35,676 nt of DNA from Patescibacteria group bacterium (GCA_039934415.1 JBDTME010000001.1:404785-440460); one strand, 5' to 3'. Shown: positions 9,416 to 18,207, numbered from the stretch's first letter. A program made the numbers and translations. Notes: generated from the letters alone by a model not told the origin.

Positions 9416-9853
9416 TTAGGCGAGTGCAGTTTTGACTGCTTCAGTCACTCGTTTTCCATCTGCTTGTCCTTTGACTTCAGCCATGACAGCTTTCATGACT
9501 AAGCCAAAATTGGATTTGTCTGTCACGTTTTTGAGTGCGTTTTCGACAGCAACCTGCAAATCAGCATCGCTCATCTCCGCAGGGAGAAACTCTTGAATCA
9601 CTTTCAACTTTGCTTCTTCTTCTACCACAATGTCTTCTCGACCACCTGTTTTAAATTGTTCGATGGCTTCCTTACGATTTTTTAGTTCTTTCTTAAGCAA
9701 AGCGATGAACTCGTCGTCCGTCATCTCTCGCTTCAAATCAATCTCAGCATTTTTCATTTGGGACATCACAAACCGAATCGTGTCCAACCGAACCTGATCG
9801 CGTGCTCTCATCGCATCCTTCATGAGGTTAGGTAAGTTTGAGCGTAATGACAT
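9416..9853 (-). CDS. yqeY: GatB/YqeY domain protein
   Basis: MKDAMRARD..RL.TIR, F..GGREDI, FLP..MS and G.VMK.VM..VKGQADGK; AAGGA SD upstream. Confidence 0.92.
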   Translation of the reverse strand: MSLRSNLPNLMKDAMRARDQVRLDTIRFVMSQMKNAEIDLKREMTDDEFIALLKKELKNRKEAIEQFKTGGREDIVVEEEAKLKVIQEFLPAEMSDADLQVAVENALKNVTDKSNFGLVMKAVMAEVKGQADGKRVTEAVKTALA

Positions 9854-9867
9854 AAAGTTCCTTTAGT

Positions 9868-10251
9868 TTAATTCTTTAATCTGAAAGGGATGATTCTTTT
9901 TCTCTGTCTTTCTATTTCCTGCCCGATAACGTAAAAGAGTGAATATCCCTGTGCTAAATCAGGATCTAGTCTAGGCGATTCACCAATATCACCTACCAGT
10001 GAGTTAAATTCTTCTGTTTTCATTTCCTGCCGTCGCAAAAAACTTTCTGCAAGTCCAAAGACTAGATTGCACAACTGCGTCAAATTATACTGCTCTATAT
10101 GAACTGGTTGATGATTCTCATCGAACATCATGTAAGGATTTGCCGACTCAGCAACCACTGTTTGCAAGTTTCTTAAAAATACTTTAACTAACCTGAGTTG
10201 CTCGCGTTTGCGTTCGAGCTCGCGTTTGCGTTTGCGTTCGATCATATGCAT
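9868..10251 (-). CDS. Hypothetical protein with basic N-terminus (true start may be ATG 10245)
   Basis: Fills the intergenic space and is co-oriented with neighbours; TATAAT upstream; no recognisable family. Confidence 0.6.
   Translation of the reverse strand: MHMIERKRKRELERKREQLRLVKVFLRNLQTVVAESANPYMMFDENHQPVHIEQYNLTQLCNLVFGLAESFLRRQEMKTEEFNSLVGDIGESPRLDPDLAQGYSLFYVIGQEIERQRKRIIPFRLKN
10200..10241. repeat. Short intragenic direct repeat
   Basis: GCTCGCGTTTGCGTT at 10200-10214 and 10218-10232, plus GCGTTTGCGTTCGA at 10204-10217 and 10228-10241; encodes ERKRKRELERKRE. Confidence 0.8.
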
Positions 10252-10297
10252 GTATTATACTCCTTTGTTTTCATATTCTCAGGAGTTGGAGCAATCG

Positions 10298-10591
10298 TTA
10301 CTGAATCTGTTGATGACGCCCACCTAATAGTTGTCTGACTCCACGTGTTATATCACCAGATACTGCCAAATGATTAAATATTTCCCAACCACGTGTTAAC
10401 CTGAAATCCTTAGGTTCCCCAAGTGTAAAATACTCAAGGACATCTATCATGTTGAGACCTGTGCTATCTAAAAAGAGAAGGATCTTGTTGACAACGACAT
10501 CGACATTGAAGGACTCCGGAAGTTCAGATAGCTCCAAAAAAAACACTTTCAATGCTGCTTCTTGATTTAGCTGGATTGTTTCTTCTTTCAT
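10298..10591 (-). CDS. Hypothetical protein (97 aa)
   Basis: ATG preceded by TATAAT at 7 nt; no recognisable family. Confidence 0.6.
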   Translation of the reverse strand: MKEETIQLNQEAALKVFFLELSELPESFNVDVVVNKILLFLDSTGLNMIDVLEYFTLGEPKDFRLTRGWEIFNHLAVSGDITRGVRQLLGGRHQQIQ

Positions 10592-10652
10592 TCGGCTGAT
10601 TATACTCCTCTCCCTGCTTTACCCCGCCCAAGAAACTTGCTATCGTGGGCGG

Positions 10653-13202
10653 ATGGACTTCCACACCCCGATGATGCAGCAATATATGGAGATGAAAGCA
10701 CAGTATCCAGACTGCATCCTTTTTTTTCGACTAGGCGACTTCTATGAACTGTTTTTGGAAGATGCCAAAATCGGTTCTCATGTGTTGGGAATTACATTAA
10801 CTCGTCGAGCGCGGGGGAAAGATGGTACGATCCCGATGTGTGGCGTTCCGTATCATGCCATAGAAATGTATATTCCCCGATTAGTGGAGGCTGGATATAA
10901 GATTGCAATAGCAGAACAGATTTCCGACCCCAAAGACACTCCTAACTTAGTCATTCGCAAAGTGATTCGAGTCATCACTGCTGGAACATTGTTAGACGGA
11001 CGAAGCGTCAATGAACGAGAGTCGTCGTTTGTCTGCGCGGCTTGCGTTCAAAAAAAAGATGTCACATTGGGATTTGCTGACATCGCCACTGGACAATTTG
11101 TAATCACTTCAGTTCCCATCGAACAACTCGTTGACGTCATCCATCAGTACAGTCCCAAAGAAATCATCTTATCGCCTGAACAATATAATAGTCCCAAACT
11201 GTTGGGCGTCTTTAGCTTGATTTCACATCTAAACATTGCCCCGTTTTTAGAATGGTCAACTTGGAATGATAGAGCAGACCAAGCTTTGAAAGATCATTTT
11301 CAAGTAAGTAGCTTACTAGGATTCGGTTTGGAAGCAGAAAATGAAATTGCCATTGCGGGCGTTTTACTCGGGTATTTAACCTATACCCAACAAGGCAATG
11401 TCACTCATATCAAATCCGTCGACCGCATCAATGATTCTCATTTTTTAAGTTTAGATGCGACGACAATTGAAAGTTTAGAACTGTTTCGATCAACGATGGA
11501 TAAAAGCTCAGAAGGGAGTTTGTTCGCTGTGATTGATAAAACATTGACGGCTATGGGTACCCGATTACTAAAAGACTGGCTGATTCATCCACTCGCCGAG
11601 CTGAAACCTATCAACCAACGTCATACCGACGCTCTGTTTTTTGTCCAACATCCTGCACTGTTGGCAGATGTCCGAAAAGTAATGAATGAGATCGTGGACA
11701 TCGAACGCTTGTTAGCAAAGCTATCCGTCAACATTGGGAATGCGCGTGATCTCGTCAGTTTGAGAGACGCACTTGAACGCTGCGAGAAAGTATTTGAACT
11801 GATCAAAAAATACCGATGGGAAAGTTTTGACATGGCAGATTTGCCTGGAAGCACTATCACAGCTACTCAATTAATTTCACAATGGATCTTGGATGACCCC
11901 CGCGGTATCACTAAAGAGGGCGGGATGATCCGTCCAGAAGCTGATGCAGAGTTGGCAGAGTTAAAACGAATTTTTACAGATACGACTGGATGGTTAGCAG
12001 AGTTTGAAATTGCTGAACGCGAACGCACCGGTATCCCCACGCTCAAAGTTGGTGAAAACTCAGTGTTTGGTTTTTACATCGAAGTGAGTAAAGCACACGC
12101 AGTAGCAATTAAAACAGAACACGGTTATGAGCGAAAACAAACTTTAGTCAATGCTGAGCGGTACATCACCGCAGAGTTAAAAGAAAAGGAACGCATCGCA
12201 TTGACCGCACGAGAGTCTATTTTTGCACGCGAGTTTCATCTATTTGAACATGTTGTAAAACAAATTATCGAAAAAGTAAGTGCGCTTCAGCGAGTAGCGC
12301 ACGTCATCGCCCAAATCGATTGTGTGACAAGTCTCTCACAGCTGGCTTTAGAAAAAAAATACGTTCAACCCACCATGACGAGTGATAGAGTCATGTCGAT
12401 TCGCAATGGACGTCATCCAGTTGTCGAACATTTCTTGGGCAACGCATTCGTTCCCAACTCAACTGATCTCACTGAACAGCAACGTTTTTTACTGTTGACT
12501 GGTCCTAATATGGCTGGTAAATCAACCTATATTCGACAAGTCGCCTTGATCGTTTTATTGGCGCACATGGGTTCTTTTGTACCAGCTGATCACGCAATCA
12601 TACCTTTATCAGATCGTATTTTCTCTCGCATCGGTGCATCAGATGCACTGCATAAAGGCCTATCAACATTTATGGTCGAGATGACCGAAACAGCGCGTAT
12701 TCTACGGAACGTCACAGATCGCAGCGTAGTAATTTTTGATGAGATTGGGCGCGGAACGGGCACGCTAGATGGTATGAGCATTGCTCAAGCAATCGCAGAG
12801 TATGTCGCAACTTTACCCACGCACCCTTTTATATTTTTCGCGACGCATTACCACGAACTGGCAGAACTCGCAGGTAAATTTTCCGCAATTAAAAATGGTT
12901 CAATGGCAGTCAGCATGCACAAAGGTCAAGTGATATTTCTGCGCACACTGCAAGAAGGCAGCACTGATGAAAGCTACGGCATCGAAGTCGCCAAACAAGC
13001 TGGCATCCCCTCAGTCGTCACGAGAAGAGCAGATCAAATTAAAAGAGAAATGAAATTAGTAGCATTGAGAAAAATTGAAATGATTGACGAAAGTGATTCA
13101 CAAAAATTCATGGGAGAGTTACTCACTTTAAATCTTGATGATTTGACGCCAAAACAAGCATGGAAGAAGTTAGAAGAGATACAAGAAAACAAGAAAACAT
13201 GA
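10653..13202 (+). CDS. mutS: DNA mismatch repair protein MutS
   Basis: TPMMQQY, FFRLGDFYELF, TGPNMAGKSTYIRQ, STFMVEM, DEIGRGT, FATHYHEL, SYGIEVA. Confidence 0.98.
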   Translation: MDFHTPMMQQYMEMKAQYPDCILFFRLGDFYELFLEDAKIGSHVLGITLTRRARGKDGTIPMCGVPYHAIEMYIPRLVEAGYKIAIAEQISDPKDTPNLVIRKVIRVITAGTLLDGRSVNERESSFVCAACVQKKDVTLGFADIATGQFVITSVPIEQLVDVIHQYSPKEIILSPEQYNSPKLLGVFSLISHLNIAPFLEWSTWNDRADQALKDHFQVSSLLGFGLEAENEIAIAGVLLGYLTYTQQGNVTHIKSVDRINDSHFLSLDATTIESLELFRSTMDKSSEGSLFAVIDKTLTAMGTRLLKDWLIHPLAELKPINQRHTDALFFVQHPALLADVRKVMNEIVDIERLLAKLSVNIGNARDLVSLRDALERCEKVFELIKKYRWESFDMADLPGSTITATQLISQWILDDPRGITKEGGMIRPEADAELAELKRIFTDTTGWLAEFEIAERERTGIPTLKVGENSVFGFYIEVSKAHAVAIKTEHGYERKQTLVNAERYITAELKEKERIALTARESIFAREFHLFEHVVKQIIEKVSALQRVAHVIAQIDCVTSLSQLALEKKYVQPTMTSDRVMSIRNGRHPVVEHFLGNAFVPNSTDLTEQQRFLLLTGPNMAGKSTYIRQVALIVLLAHMGSFVPADHAIIPLSDRIFSRIGASDALHKGLSTFMVEMTETARILRNVTDRSVVIFDEIGRGTGTLDGMSIAQAIAEYVATLPTHPFIFFATHYHELAELAGKFSAIKNGSMAVSMHKGQVIFLRTLQEGSTDESYGIEVAKQAGIPSVVTRRADQIKREMKLVALRKIEMIDESDSQKFMGELLTLNLDDLTPKQAWKKLEEIQENKKT

Positions 13203-13227
13203 AAAATTCATAAGTTTTCTTGTCAGT

Positions 13228-13520
13228 TCACGCTCTGCCTTGCTCATTTCTTTTTCTTCGAGCATCTTCAACGATTTCTTTTATCTCAAGATCAAATTCC
13301 TCTGCTTCAGTGAGGACTACTTCTTTTTTAAAAGTAAATAGTTTATGAACATTTGTATGTAACCGGTCCGCTATAAGCAATGCAGTCAAAACAGAAGGGA
13401 CAACTTGGCCAAGCTCAATCTTACTCTTTCAGCCAAAACTGTTTGTGAAAAGCCAAGTGGCTCGCGAAATTTTCTAATATTATTAGAGATAGTAAATGGA
13501 AAATGTGAATTTTTTTTCAT
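13228..13520 (-). pseudogene. Frameshifted XRE/Cro HTH transcriptional regulator
   Basis: From ATG 13520: MKKNSHFPFTISNNIRKFREPLGFSQTVLAERV. After 2 stray nt (13421-13420) another frame reads IELGQVVPSVLTALLIADRLHTNVHKLF...GRA to TGA at 13230-13228. Both halves fit the HTH_3 pattern and the helix between them is missing. Confidence 0.8.
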
Positions 13521-13537
13521 ATCCTTTTTTTCAAATA

Positions 13538-13620
13538 TGTATCTTAAAGAGGGCAATTGTACCAGATCACCTGATCTACTTCTGCAGCTTTTAAGATACA
13601 GTTTTCAAAAGAAGGTACAA
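13538..13620. promoter_or_regulatory. Clustered inverted repeats upstream of the XRE pseudogene (possible operators)
   Basis: TGTATCTTAAA 13538-13548 / TTTAAGATACA 13590-13600; AGATCA-cc-TGATCT 13564-13577; TTGTACC 13557-13563 / GGTACAA 13614-13620. Confidence 0.45.
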
Positions 13621-13719
13621 GAAAATAACAATCCAAAGAATTAGAAGAAAAGTCGTCACATCAACTGCTGTCCACGAGGATCTTTGCGAGCATTGAATAA
13701 TATAAGCGAACCAATCAAT

Positions 13720-14082
13720 CTATTTGTAGTTGTCAGCTGCTGGCATAACCCACTCTTTTCCAAATTCATCGATAAGCACCCTTAAGGCCGCACAAGCTGA
13801 CTCAGGACCCCAACGAATATTAAAGCTAATATCTGCACCCTCTAAAAGGGTAGCAGCAAAACCGCGACATTTAAGCCACATTTCTTGACAAAGAAATGAG
13901 AGATCCTCAATAGAAATTATTCCCTTTTGGTAATCTTGAACTATTGCAGTGAACAAAAGACGTCCATGTTCTTCTTTTATTACATCAGCATCAACAATAG
14001 CAGTAGACAAACCCACTTTTTCTGCATACGCATGAGGCAGTTTTTTTCTTCTATTCATTATCTTTTGATACTTGTCTTCCAT
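13720..14082 (-). CDS. Hypothetical protein (120 aa)
   Basis: ATG with extended -10 TGcTATACT 7 nt upstream; no recognisable family. Confidence 0.65.
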   Translation of the reverse strand: MEDKYQKIMNRRKKLPHAYAEKVGLSTAIVDADVIKEEHGRLLFTAIVQDYQKGIISIEDLSFLCQEMWLKCRGFAATLLEGADISFNIRWGPESACAALRVLIDEFGKEWVMPAADNYK

Positions 14083-14181
14083 AATGTGGAGTATAGCAGG
14101 GGAAGTGATATCTCACACTTACCCTAGAGCAAGCCTTTTTCCCGTTTGACCTTTTTCCCCATTCTCTATACTCTAGGTTCA

Positions 14182-15666
14182 ATGAGTTCCCTCTCTCAAA
14201 TCCACCGTCTTTCCCAACATGTCATTCATCATATTGCAGCTGGTGAGGTGATTGAGAAACCGGTTTCCGTCGTCAAAGAACTGATTGAGAATGCAGTGGA
14301 TGCACAAGCTACTCGAATTGAGGTTGAAATTTTGCAAGGGGGTCGCGAACGAATTACAGTGAGTGATAACGGTCATGGCATCGAACGCAAAAGCATTCCT
14401 TTGATGTTCGAACGGTATGCTACGAGCAAATTCAAAGATATCGAAGACTTTCACAAACTAAAGTCGTTGGGATTTCGTGGCGAGGCGCTATTTTCAATTA
14501 TGACAGCAGCAGACGTTACCGTGATGACTCGATCTTATCGCGAACAAGAAGGCACCTGGGTACGAACACATAATGGCAAAGTAGAAGAAGTTCGTCCGAT
14601 TGGTTGTCGGATTGGTATGACAATTATGATTGATCGTTTGTTCGGTCGGTTTCCAGTTCGTCAACAAGCACTCGAATCCAAAAAAGATCTCCAACAAATC
14701 AAACACTTGATAACGCAATATGCACTAACCTATCCCCAAATTGGTTTTGTCCTCAAACACAACTCAAGTTTATTACTGTCTTATTTTGAACAAGAAGAAC
14801 CAGTCGATCGGATTGCAAAGACCTGGCAAGTCACTCACGGAGAAGTTTTTGAACTTTCTGCGACTGAAGATGACTGGCGTTTCACAACATGGATCGCCCA
14901 CCCCCAAGTATTTGCAACGCACAAGCAACATCAGCTCATCGTCGTTAATGAACGGCCAGTGGAAATGCCAGCACTTCATCAAGCCATTGACCAAAGTTTA
15001 CATACTTTTCGTCACGCTGGTCGGCAACCTCGCTATGTTTTTTTACTCGAAGTTTCTCCTCAATTGATTGATGTAAATGTGCATCCTCAAAAACTGTCAG
15101 TTACTTTAGCTCAACAAGATCGAATTCTGGCTGGTATCACCCAACGTCTCCAACAAGCACTTTCACAACTGCTCCCGCAAGATCTTCGCTACACAGGACA
15201 AGATTTATTTCAAACAGAACTAGCTGAAAGCGTCAGAGAATCACTACCGCTTTTTCTGGCCGGACCATACATGCAGCTCAATAATATGTTTATCATGACA
15301 CCCACACAGAGTGGTTTTTTACTCGTAGATCAGCACGCTGCTGATGAAAGATTGTGGTACAACGCTCTCCTGAATGATGTCCAACTTCTAAATGACATTG
15401 AAAAAAAAATTACGCAAGAATGCAGAGAAGAACTCGCTGATGATGTGTATCAACACAGTTTTGATGATGAAATCAATGCCAGAATTGCCACGATTGCTTG
15501 TCACCAAGCCATTCGCGCCGGCCAACACTTAACTGAATCAGAAATGAGTCAACTCGTTCGATCAACCCTCGATGGCGGCAGTGAGACGCTCGTCTGTCCA
15601 CATGGTCGGCCGACTCACATCACCGTCTCCCAACACCAGTTGGAAACAGTGTTTAGAAGAAAATAG
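14182..15666 (+). CDS. mutL: DNA mismatch repair endonuclease MutL, shortened
   Basis: IAAGEVIE, KELIENAVDA, DNGHG, LGFRGEAL, DVNVHP, DQHAADER, ACH, CPHGRP, FRR. ATG 14182 is preferred to TTG 14146. Confidence 0.95.
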   Translation: MSSLSQIHRLSQHVIHHIAAGEVIEKPVSVVKELIENAVDAQATRIEVEILQGGRERITVSDNGHGIERKSIPLMFERYATSKFKDIEDFHKLKSLGFRGEALFSIMTAADVTVMTRSYREQEGTWVRTHNGKVEEVRPIGCRIGMTIMIDRLFGRFPVRQQALESKKDLQQIKHLITQYALTYPQIGFVLKHNSSLLLSYFEQEEPVDRIAKTWQVTHGEVFELSATEDDWRFTTWIAHPQVFATHKQHQLIVVNERPVEMPALHQAIDQSLHTFRHAGRQPRYVFLLEVSPQLIDVNVHPQKLSVTLAQQDRILAGITQRLQQALSQLLPQDLRYTGQDLFQTELAESVRESLPLFLAGPYMQLNNMFIMTPTQSGFLLVDQHAADERLWYNALLNDVQLLNDIEKKITQECREELADDVYQHSFDDEINARIATIACHQAIRAGQHLTESEMSQLVRSTLDGGSETLVCPHGRPTHITVSQHQLETVFRRK

Positions 15667-15817
15667 TTACACATACTGTTTATTCAGTCGCATTCGTAAA
15701 TACGAAACAACTCCCCGTTTTCCATCAGCTCTTCTTCGTAATCCCATTCTTGTCTAGATGAGTAAAAAAAAAGTGATTCTGTTCATATTACAATAATTTG
15801 TTATAAATAAACGTAGT

Positions 15818-15913
15818 TCTCACGGAACTCAGTGTAAACCTGAGACTGTGCCGCAACGGTGTATGTGAAATTGAGTACTAAAATTACTCAACACATGAGT
15901 CCGATCTGTGAGA
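15818..15913 (+). ncRNA. Cobalamin riboswitch aptamer
   Basis: TCTCACGG 15818-15825 pairs with CTGTGAGA 15906-15913; GGAA; P4 CTCAG-TGTAAAC-CTGAG; CTGTGCCGCAACGGTG; extension stem ATGTG..TTGAGTA / TACTCAA..CACAT; GAGTCCGAT box, with CGG/CCG pairing in place of the commoner CTG/CAG. Confidence 0.88.
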
Positions 15914-16007
15914 TAGCCCTGCCGATGGCAGGGTGTTCGACGAGCATCGGAACCTCAAGTGTCAGAATCCCGCCTAGCGGGCTTCCTTCGCGAAAACCCT
16001 TCCGAAT

Positions 16008-16031
16008 GCTCCTCTCACGAGGAGTTTTTTT
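16008..16031 (+). promoter_or_regulatory. Expression platform: SD-sequestering, terminator-like hairpin
   Basis: GCTCCTC-tcac-GAGGAGT running into the T7 tract 16025-16031, then ATG 16032; the GAGGAG SD is the 3' arm. Confidence 0.75.
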
Positions 16032-17558
16032 ATGGCAAAAGAGCAACAACGAAAGTATCGCGTCGAAGGCGAGTGGGTCACTGATGCCCAAATTCCGGAA
16101 ATTTTTAACTTGGGAAATTTGTTTCATGAATACCAAAAAACCATAGCATCCTATGGTCCTCGAGAAACAACGGAACGATTTAAGACCTTGTTGAGAAAAC
16201 AATTGATTTCTTTAATCCAAGAACTCGTCATTCAGCCGCTGACACCAAATTTTCTCTATAGTCTCGTTGAACGTGTCGACCACATCGAGGTCAATGATGA
16301 CGACTATCCTCAAAAACCAAATATTGTAAATCGAGCTAATCCTTATGAATGGTATAACCTGACCGAAGAAGCTGGAACTGAAGCCCTGTACGCAATGTCA
16401 CCATTTGCGAAACCCTTTCTTGATCGATTTCTTTTAGAGTATGAACAAATAAAATTGCTCGTCGAAGAATATCTCCCCAAAGATCCACTGTTATCCCTTC
16501 CTTTTATACAGCAGTTGAGTGAGACCACTCAACCCATCACAATCCAACTGGCTGATAGCAAAACAATTGAAGGCTTTGTGTCAAATTGGTACGCAATGGC
16601 TATGCCAGCCAGCCAAGTTCACAAAGGCGGAGGCTCTTACTTTAATATCTATCGTATCGTTGCAGTCCCAACAGAGAACGGAAACTTTGAGTACTTCCTT
16701 CAGAAACAAGGCCTTCTCCACAAACTGAATCAGAAAAGACATGCCCATGACTTACTGAATATTGACCAGTTAGAAAAAGCGACGCCTCAAACAGAACGTG
16801 AAATCATGATGAGAATTATTCAGTTAAGTCCTCATAGAAATAAACAGACTCCAGAAGAATTATTTATTGAAGTAACACAGAAAAAAATACCAAATTTAAA
16901 GACACAGATTGCAAAAGCTAGAGAAAGGCAAGAAAGTCAAACTGTAGCTATAGAGCAATCTATTGAAGCGATTCTAAAAATATTTGAACATGAGTTGTCA
17001 CAACCAGAAACCCCTGACCAATTGGTAAGACTCAAGGATTTCTTTGAGGGGATTGGAAACCCACTCTACTTTGCAAAGGATGTGCCACAAGAGGTATTAG
17101 TCGAGAAATATCACTCTGAGTTAGCATCAGGCAAAGGTCGAGATGCGTTCATTTCTTCTCTTTCGACTGCCATTCCTACTATTCTGCAACGCGTTGCTGG
17201 TTCTTTCTTCTGTGGTTCAATGTCAGCCGGCGGTTTAATCGCAAAAGCTGGAGGGGCTCATGGATTTGGGGGCATCAAAATCGATTCCTGCACAACTTGC
17301 CCGAACTGCGGATCATCTGGAATCGTGGGTCCCTTGTGCAACTGTGGCTTTGGTCGAGATGGCATGATGCATCATGTCCCCACAACAAATACTTCACATC
17401 CACAATCGAGTCACAACTCAAAGACCAGTTCGAAAAAAACAACAGGACCTCACTCTTCCGGCTTATTTACTATTTTGCCTACTTTAGACTCAGTATCGAT
17501 TAATCATATTTTTTCAACCGGAAAAGCTTCTGTAGGCGTGAACGGTTTGTTTAATTGA
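16032..17558 (+). CDS. 508-aa protein of unknown function with a C-terminal Cys cluster (putative metal-binding ribbon)
   Basis: Long ORF with a strong SD; no signal peptide or clear TM; FFCG, a Gly-rich stretch, CTTCPNCG...CNCG and a His/Ser-rich tail. Confidence 0.85.
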   Translation: MAKEQQRKYRVEGEWVTDAQIPEIFNLGNLFHEYQKTIASYGPRETTERFKTLLRKQLISLIQELVIQPLTPNFLYSLVERVDHIEVNDDDYPQKPNIVNRANPYEWYNLTEEAGTEALYAMSPFAKPFLDRFLLEYEQIKLLVEEYLPKDPLLSLPFIQQLSETTQPITIQLADSKTIEGFVSNWYAMAMPASQVHKGGGSYFNIYRIVAVPTENGNFEYFLQKQGLLHKLNQKRHAHDLLNIDQLEKATPQTEREIMMRIIQLSPHRNKQTPEELFIEVTQKKIPNLKTQIAKARERQESQTVAIEQSIEAILKIFEHELSQPETPDQLVRLKDFFEGIGNPLYFAKDVPQEVLVEKYHSELASGKGRDAFISSLSTAIPTILQRVAGSFFCGSMSAGGLIAKAGGAHGFGGIKIDSCTTCPNCGSSGIVGPLCNCGFGRDGMMHHVPTTNTSHPQSSHNSKTSSKKTTGPHSSGLFTILPTLDSVSINHIFSTGKASVGVNGLFN

Positions 17559-17620
17559 CTACAATCTATAATTTTGCTTTACTACTGTTACTAATATGAA
17601 TCACTCCTAAGGAGGAAGTT

Positions 17621-18109
17621 ATGAAGAAAGCAATTTTCACTGGATTGGCAGCGTTGCTGCTCGCCGGTTGTACCCCTACATCAACCACAAACAACGTTGT
17701 GCCAGAACCTACTTCAGCTCAAGTTGAAGAAATGGCAAAACCAACAGATGCCGCCATGATGGAAAAAGAAGACACCATGATGGAACCAATGACCGTGACA
17801 TTGGGCGAGCAAAATAAATCTGGACAAAAAGGATTAGCCACCCTTGAAGAAAGAGATGGCAAAGTCGTCGTAACAATCATGCAAACCGGTACAGCATCAA
17901 CAGTTGCTCAACCTGCACATATTCACATGGGCAGTTGTCCAACTCCAGGTGCAGTCAAGTTTCCTTTGACCGACGTCGTCAATGGAAAGTCTGTGACCAC
18001 GGTTGATACAACCATCGCAGATCTCAAGAAAATGATGCCAATTGCAATCAATGTGCATAAGTCAGCAGCAGAGTCGAAAATGTACACAAGTTGTGGTGAC
18101 ATTAAATAA
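17621..18109 (+). CDS. Lipoprotein with CHRD / Cu-Zn SOD-like domain
   Basis: Lipobox LLAGC, Met/Glu-rich linker, QPAHIHMGSC, INVH and terminal CGDI; TAAGGAGG SD. Confidence 0.7.
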   Translation: MKKAIFTGLAALLLAGCTPTSTTNNVVPEPTSAQVEEMAKPTDAAMMEKEDTMMEPMTVTLGEQNKSGQKGLATLEERDGKVVVTIMQTGTASTVAQPAHIHMGSCPTPGAVKFPLTDVVNGKSVTTVDTTIADLKKMMPIAINVHKSAAESKMYTSCGDIK

Positions 18110-18127
18110 TGTTTATTTGAAAACAGG

Positions 18128-18156
18128 AAAAGCCGTCCTTAAAGGACGGCTTTTTT
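18128..18156 (+). terminator. Intrinsic terminator
   Basis: AAAAGCCGTCCT-taa-AGGACGGCTTTTTT, about 20 nt after the lipoprotein stop. Confidence 0.9.
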
Positions 18157-18207
18157 GTACAAAGATTATATCTCCTTGCTTCGCGTATTTCTGTGTATAA
18201 TTGCGTC

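Noticed and set aside
13405-13644. 79-aa plus-strand ORF
   Set aside because: It is antisense to the XRE pseudogene and has a TTG start with no supporting signals.
15859-16202. ORF-track entries 15859..16146 (+) and 15888..16202 (-)
   Set aside because: They overlap the riboswitch and the SD-supported 508-aa gene, have non-ATG starts and show no protein-like motifs.
16610-16640. QVHKGG as a DxHxxG cobalamin-binding motif in the 508-aa protein
   Set aside because: The Asp is missing, and no properly spaced SxL and GG motifs of the B12 Rossmann domain follow.
17604-17614. CTCC-taa-GGAG hairpin over the lipoprotein SD
   Set aside because: Only 4 bp with a 3-nt loop; too weak to call regulatory.
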